Below are positions 42,771 through 45,026 of a DNA stretch of 45,026 bases, in pieces. Within the stretch, counting starts at the first letter, position 1. Every line of letters begins with the position of its first letter. Location: contig CAVFGM010000017.1 in assembly GCA_963621955.1 (NCBI GenBank), positions 1-45,026 of the forward strand. The letters are read 5' to 3'. Source of the stretch: Bacteroidaceae bacterium (lineage in GTDB: Bacteria > Bacillota > Clostridia > Oscillospirales > Oscillospiraceae). The translations under genes and the position numbers were made by a program. Under the pieces are notes generated by a model. It did no database searches. It was not told the origin of the DNA and saw nothing but the letters and a program-made list of their open reading frames with translations.

Positions 42771-43509
42771 AATACAAAAGCCGACTGCGCCACAAGTTTT
42801 GTTGGATAATAAAGCTACCTGGACCCAAAACTTGTTAGATGCAATAAATACCTATGGTGGATATAGCAAAATCCCAGAATCCGAAAAGAATAGTTTACTA
42901 TCTCATTATAGACACAAAGATATCCAGACTGCTTTATTTGCAAGCAGTCACTATAAATGTGCATTTTGCGAATGTATTCCCGGAGAAAGCAGTCATATTG
43001 AGGTCGAACATTTTGAACCCAAGTCACTGTATCCTGATTTAGCATTTGAGTGGGATAATCTCTTGCCATCATGCCGAATATGCAATGAAGAAAAATCAGA
43101 TGCCGATACACAAACAAACCCAATAATTAACCCTGCAATTGAAGATCCTGAACAATTTTTGACTTATTCGTTTTTGCGGATTAAACCTCTCGCCGGATCT
43201 GGCCAAGAACAGAAAGCGCAACAGACAATTGAGGTGTGTAATCTTAATTGTGAGCGCCTTTATAGTGCAAGGTCAGCATTAATGAAATCCTTAACAGAAT
43301 ATATCGACGAATTAAAAGACAAAATCAATTGGATTTCCGAAGCAGATACTGATCAAAAAAGGAAGGTTCGCATTACTAAACTAAAGAATTCTTTGGCAGT
43401 TATTGATTCTCTGACAACTGCTGAAAGTGCCTTTTCTGGATATGCCAAGTGGTTTATTCGGGAATGTCCTGAATACCAGGAGGCAAAACGAATTGTAGCG
43501 AGTAGATGA
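42763..43509 (+). CDS. HNH nuclease of the TIGR02646 type, PtuB-like (Septu)
   Basis: HYKCAFCECIPGESSHIEVEHFEPKSLYPDLAFEWDNLLPSCRICNEEKSD gives CxxC...H...N...CxxCN (42958-43092). ATG 42763 lies 6 nt after GGGGGA; an alternative ATG at 42757 is the track start. Confidence 0.75.
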   Translation: MIKIQKPTAPQVLLDNKATWTQNLLDAINTYGGYSKIPESEKNSLLSHYRHKDIQTALFASSHYKCAFCECIPGESSHIEVEHFEPKSLYPDLAFEWDNLLPSCRICNEEKSDADTQTNPIINPAIEDPEQFLTYSFLRIKPLAGSGQEQKAQQTIEVCNLNCERLYSARSALMKSLTEYIDELKDKINWISEADTDQKRKVRITKLKNSLAVIDSLTTAESAFSGYAKWFIRECPEYQEAKRIVASR

Positions 43510-43698
43510 ATGGCTGCTATATTTAATAATCACACTGATACTTGAAGAGCCGAAAAGGTTCCGGGCATCGTTCACATGAGTGACAGCGCCATACATATCA
43601 GAAAAGAAAACGGGGTGACTTCAGTCGCGCCGCCCTTTGAAAACACAAGGCTTCACTTTTGTGGTTTTAGCTGTTTTGCGACCATCCGGCATTGATGA

Positions 43699-43768
43699 GT
43701 GTTCGTAAAACAGGTTTAGACCGAAATTACGAAATGAGCATCTGTCAGGAAGGATTGGGTAACAAAAA
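43699..43768 (+). repeat. right copy of the 70-nt direct repeat
   Basis: See the left copy: 67/70 identity, same orientation. Confidence 0.9.
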
Positions 43769-43807
43769 GCCGCTATATTCAGGTTTTTACTGGATATAGC
43801 GGCTTTT
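43765..43807 (-). terminator. intrinsic terminator of the XRE gene (usable in both directions)
   Basis: AAAAGCCGCTATAT (43765-43778) pairs with ATATAGCGGCTTTT (43794-43807). On the minus strand it follows the XRE stop (43810-43812) and ends in a T-run. Confidence 0.7.
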
Positions 43808-43809
43808 GC

Positions 43810-44658
43810 TTATTTATGCTTTCTTTTGCTTTTTCCGTGCGGTAACTGTGATCTTGCTTTTCCACGCTGACTGATAGGATTTTTCATATACTTGGACTTT
43901 TTAAGAATACCAATCAGCGAAACAAATTCTTCCTTCGTGAGCGCATCGCAGTCGAGTCCGATAGTCGCAAGGTATGCGCGAATCTTCTTTTCCTCAGAGC
44001 TGCCCTCGAAGTTTATAGCTTCTTGCATCTGCACCTGCACGGCTGCTGCGAGAGAGCTTTCATCCGCAGTCATGGTGTCGGGGCGATGGTCGTTCCGAAT
44101 GTCGCGGAGGATGCCTTTCAGATCATCCGCAATCAGGCTTCCAAAATACTCGTCCTCTCTGATCTGCGCGACTTCCAGCGTCCGCAAGTACAGGTCATTT
44201 GCATCGCCGCCGTTCTTCATCAATGCCATCTGCCGGACAGCTTCCAGCACGGTGTTCATGTCGTTGACCCGCATATCTGCGATCCGGTCAACGTAAATCT
44301 CGGCATCCAGCATGAACCACTGGAAATCCTTGTGGCAGATCAGCTCCGACAGCAGCCGGTGGTTGAATTTGCCTGTCCGCAATACTTCGATTGCATCATC
44401 ACCCAAATGCAGAGCGTCCAGCTCTGTGTTTGGGTGATTTTTTTGTTCTGTCAGCCCCAGCAGGTAATCGGTGGACACGCCGTAGAACTTTGCCAGCTCC
44501 ACCATGCTGAACGGGCTGATGTCCTTGAAATCGTCGGCTTCGTATTTTCCCAGCGCGGACTTTGAAATGCCTGTTTCCGCAGAAAGCTGTTCCAGCGTCA
44601 GACCGCGCTCCACGCGCAGGTCTTTGAGCCGTTCCTGAATGGTGAGTTTTGGCTGCAT
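43810..44658 (-). CDS. XRE-family helix-turn-helix regulator with extended C-terminal domain
   Basis: 282 aa. IQERLKDLRVERGLTLEQLSAETGISKSALGKYE is an HTH_3 motif. About 200 aa of helical C-terminal region and a basic tail follow. GGGAGGA RBS. Confidence 0.8.
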   Translation of the reverse strand: MQPKLTIQERLKDLRVERGLTLEQLSAETGISKSALGKYEADDFKDISPFSMVELAKFYGVSTDYLLGLTEQKNHPNTELDALHLGDDAIEVLRTGKFNHRLLSELICHKDFQWFMLDAEIYVDRIADMRVNDMNTVLEAVRQMALMKNGGDANDLYLRTLEVAQIREDEYFGSLIADDLKGILRDIRNDHRPDTMTADESSLAAAVQVQMQEAINFEGSSEEKKIRAYLATIGLDCDALTKEEFVSLIGILKKSKYMKNPISQRGKARSQLPHGKSKRKHK

Positions 44659-45026
44659 AGCGGTGTCCTCCCTTCAAATTTCTGCCCTTTTCCGGTCTTG
44701 TCCATAAGCGTGGAAATCTGCGTTTTTCGGCGCGTTTTCCTACCTCTTGGATATACGGGAGAGGGCTATATTTTTCGCTAAAATGGTCTTGCAATCGCAC
44801 CTGAACCTTGAAAATTGCATGACCGTCCGAACGGGATATGTCCCCCAGCGAAGTAACCGCCATGACCGCGAAAGCGTGAGCGTACCAACGGGGACAAAAC
44901 GCCGGGAGCGATCCTCCGGGCAGGAACGACGTTCGGAAAGAGCGGCAAAATCGAATGTAAAAATCAAAGCAAGTGAAAGCGGCGAAATAGTTTTCTGCTC
45001 TGTGCGGTTATCTGCATGGAACAGAG

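Larger units (their letters stand above)
41181..43768 (+). other. AT-rich genomic islet (putative horizontally acquired defence cassette; no recombinase in the window)
   Basis: There is an abrupt drop in G+C visible by eye relative to both flanks. The islet is bounded by the 70-nt direct repeats. It contains only the ATPase and HNH genes with their own promoter. Confidence 0.6.

Noticed and set aside
43510-43698. Retron-like msr/msd ncRNA or a third gene downstream of the HNH gene
   Set aside because: No long flanking inverted repeats or conserved structure were seen. There is no reverse transcriptase ORF in the islet. The 71-aa minus-strand ORF (43381-43596) overlaps the HNH gene and looks spurious.
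44708-45026. Partial plus-strand CDS open to the window end
   Set aside because: It is not reported as a feature. It has a weak or absent RBS and a low-complexity basic translation with no recognisable motif, and the region has competing RNA-structure potential. It cannot be resolved without the downstream sequence (kept as a finding).

Overview
This is a gene-dense, high-GC chromosomal window. It looks like a Gram-positive, Clostridia-type genome; that is inferred from lgt, a ThiT ECF S-component behind a TPP riboswitch, rpmH-rnpA-yidD-yidC-jag, ddl and GtrA/GtrB/GT-C wall-glycosylation genes. About 40 protein genes can be supported. Left third: a minus-strand run of partial pgi, DUF2798, MFS, alpha/beta hydrolase, amino-acid permease, GT2 and DUF2461. 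It is followed by trkA-trkH-trkH on the plus strand, then the minus-strand acpP-jag-yidC-yidD-rnpA-rpmH cluster, thiN and riboswitch-controlled thiT. Centre: an AT-richer, hairpin-dense 1.5-kb patch holds a small lipoprotein-like ORF, an orphan RHH protein and about 0.9 kb of non-coding DNA with a nested inverted-repeat element. It precedes a 2341-aa cyclic beta-1,2-glucan-synthase-like giant gene, an M16 peptidase pair, lgt, and a YhcH-IclR-TAXI/TRAP-dehydratase-aldolase acid-sugar module bracketed by near-identical terminators. Right third: GT-C/GtrB/GtrA, ddl and a Zn-ribbon/DUF5685/J-domain trio. The most conspicuous accessory element follows: a strongly AT-rich 2.5-kb islet bounded by 70-nt direct repeats. 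It carries an overlapping ABC-type ATPase + HNH nuclease pair, a Septu/PtuAB-like candidate anti-phage system. An XRE regulator comes next, at what may be the edge of a mobile element. No rRNA, tRNA or CRISPR array was seen. All family names come from motif recognition by eye; no database searches or computations were run.
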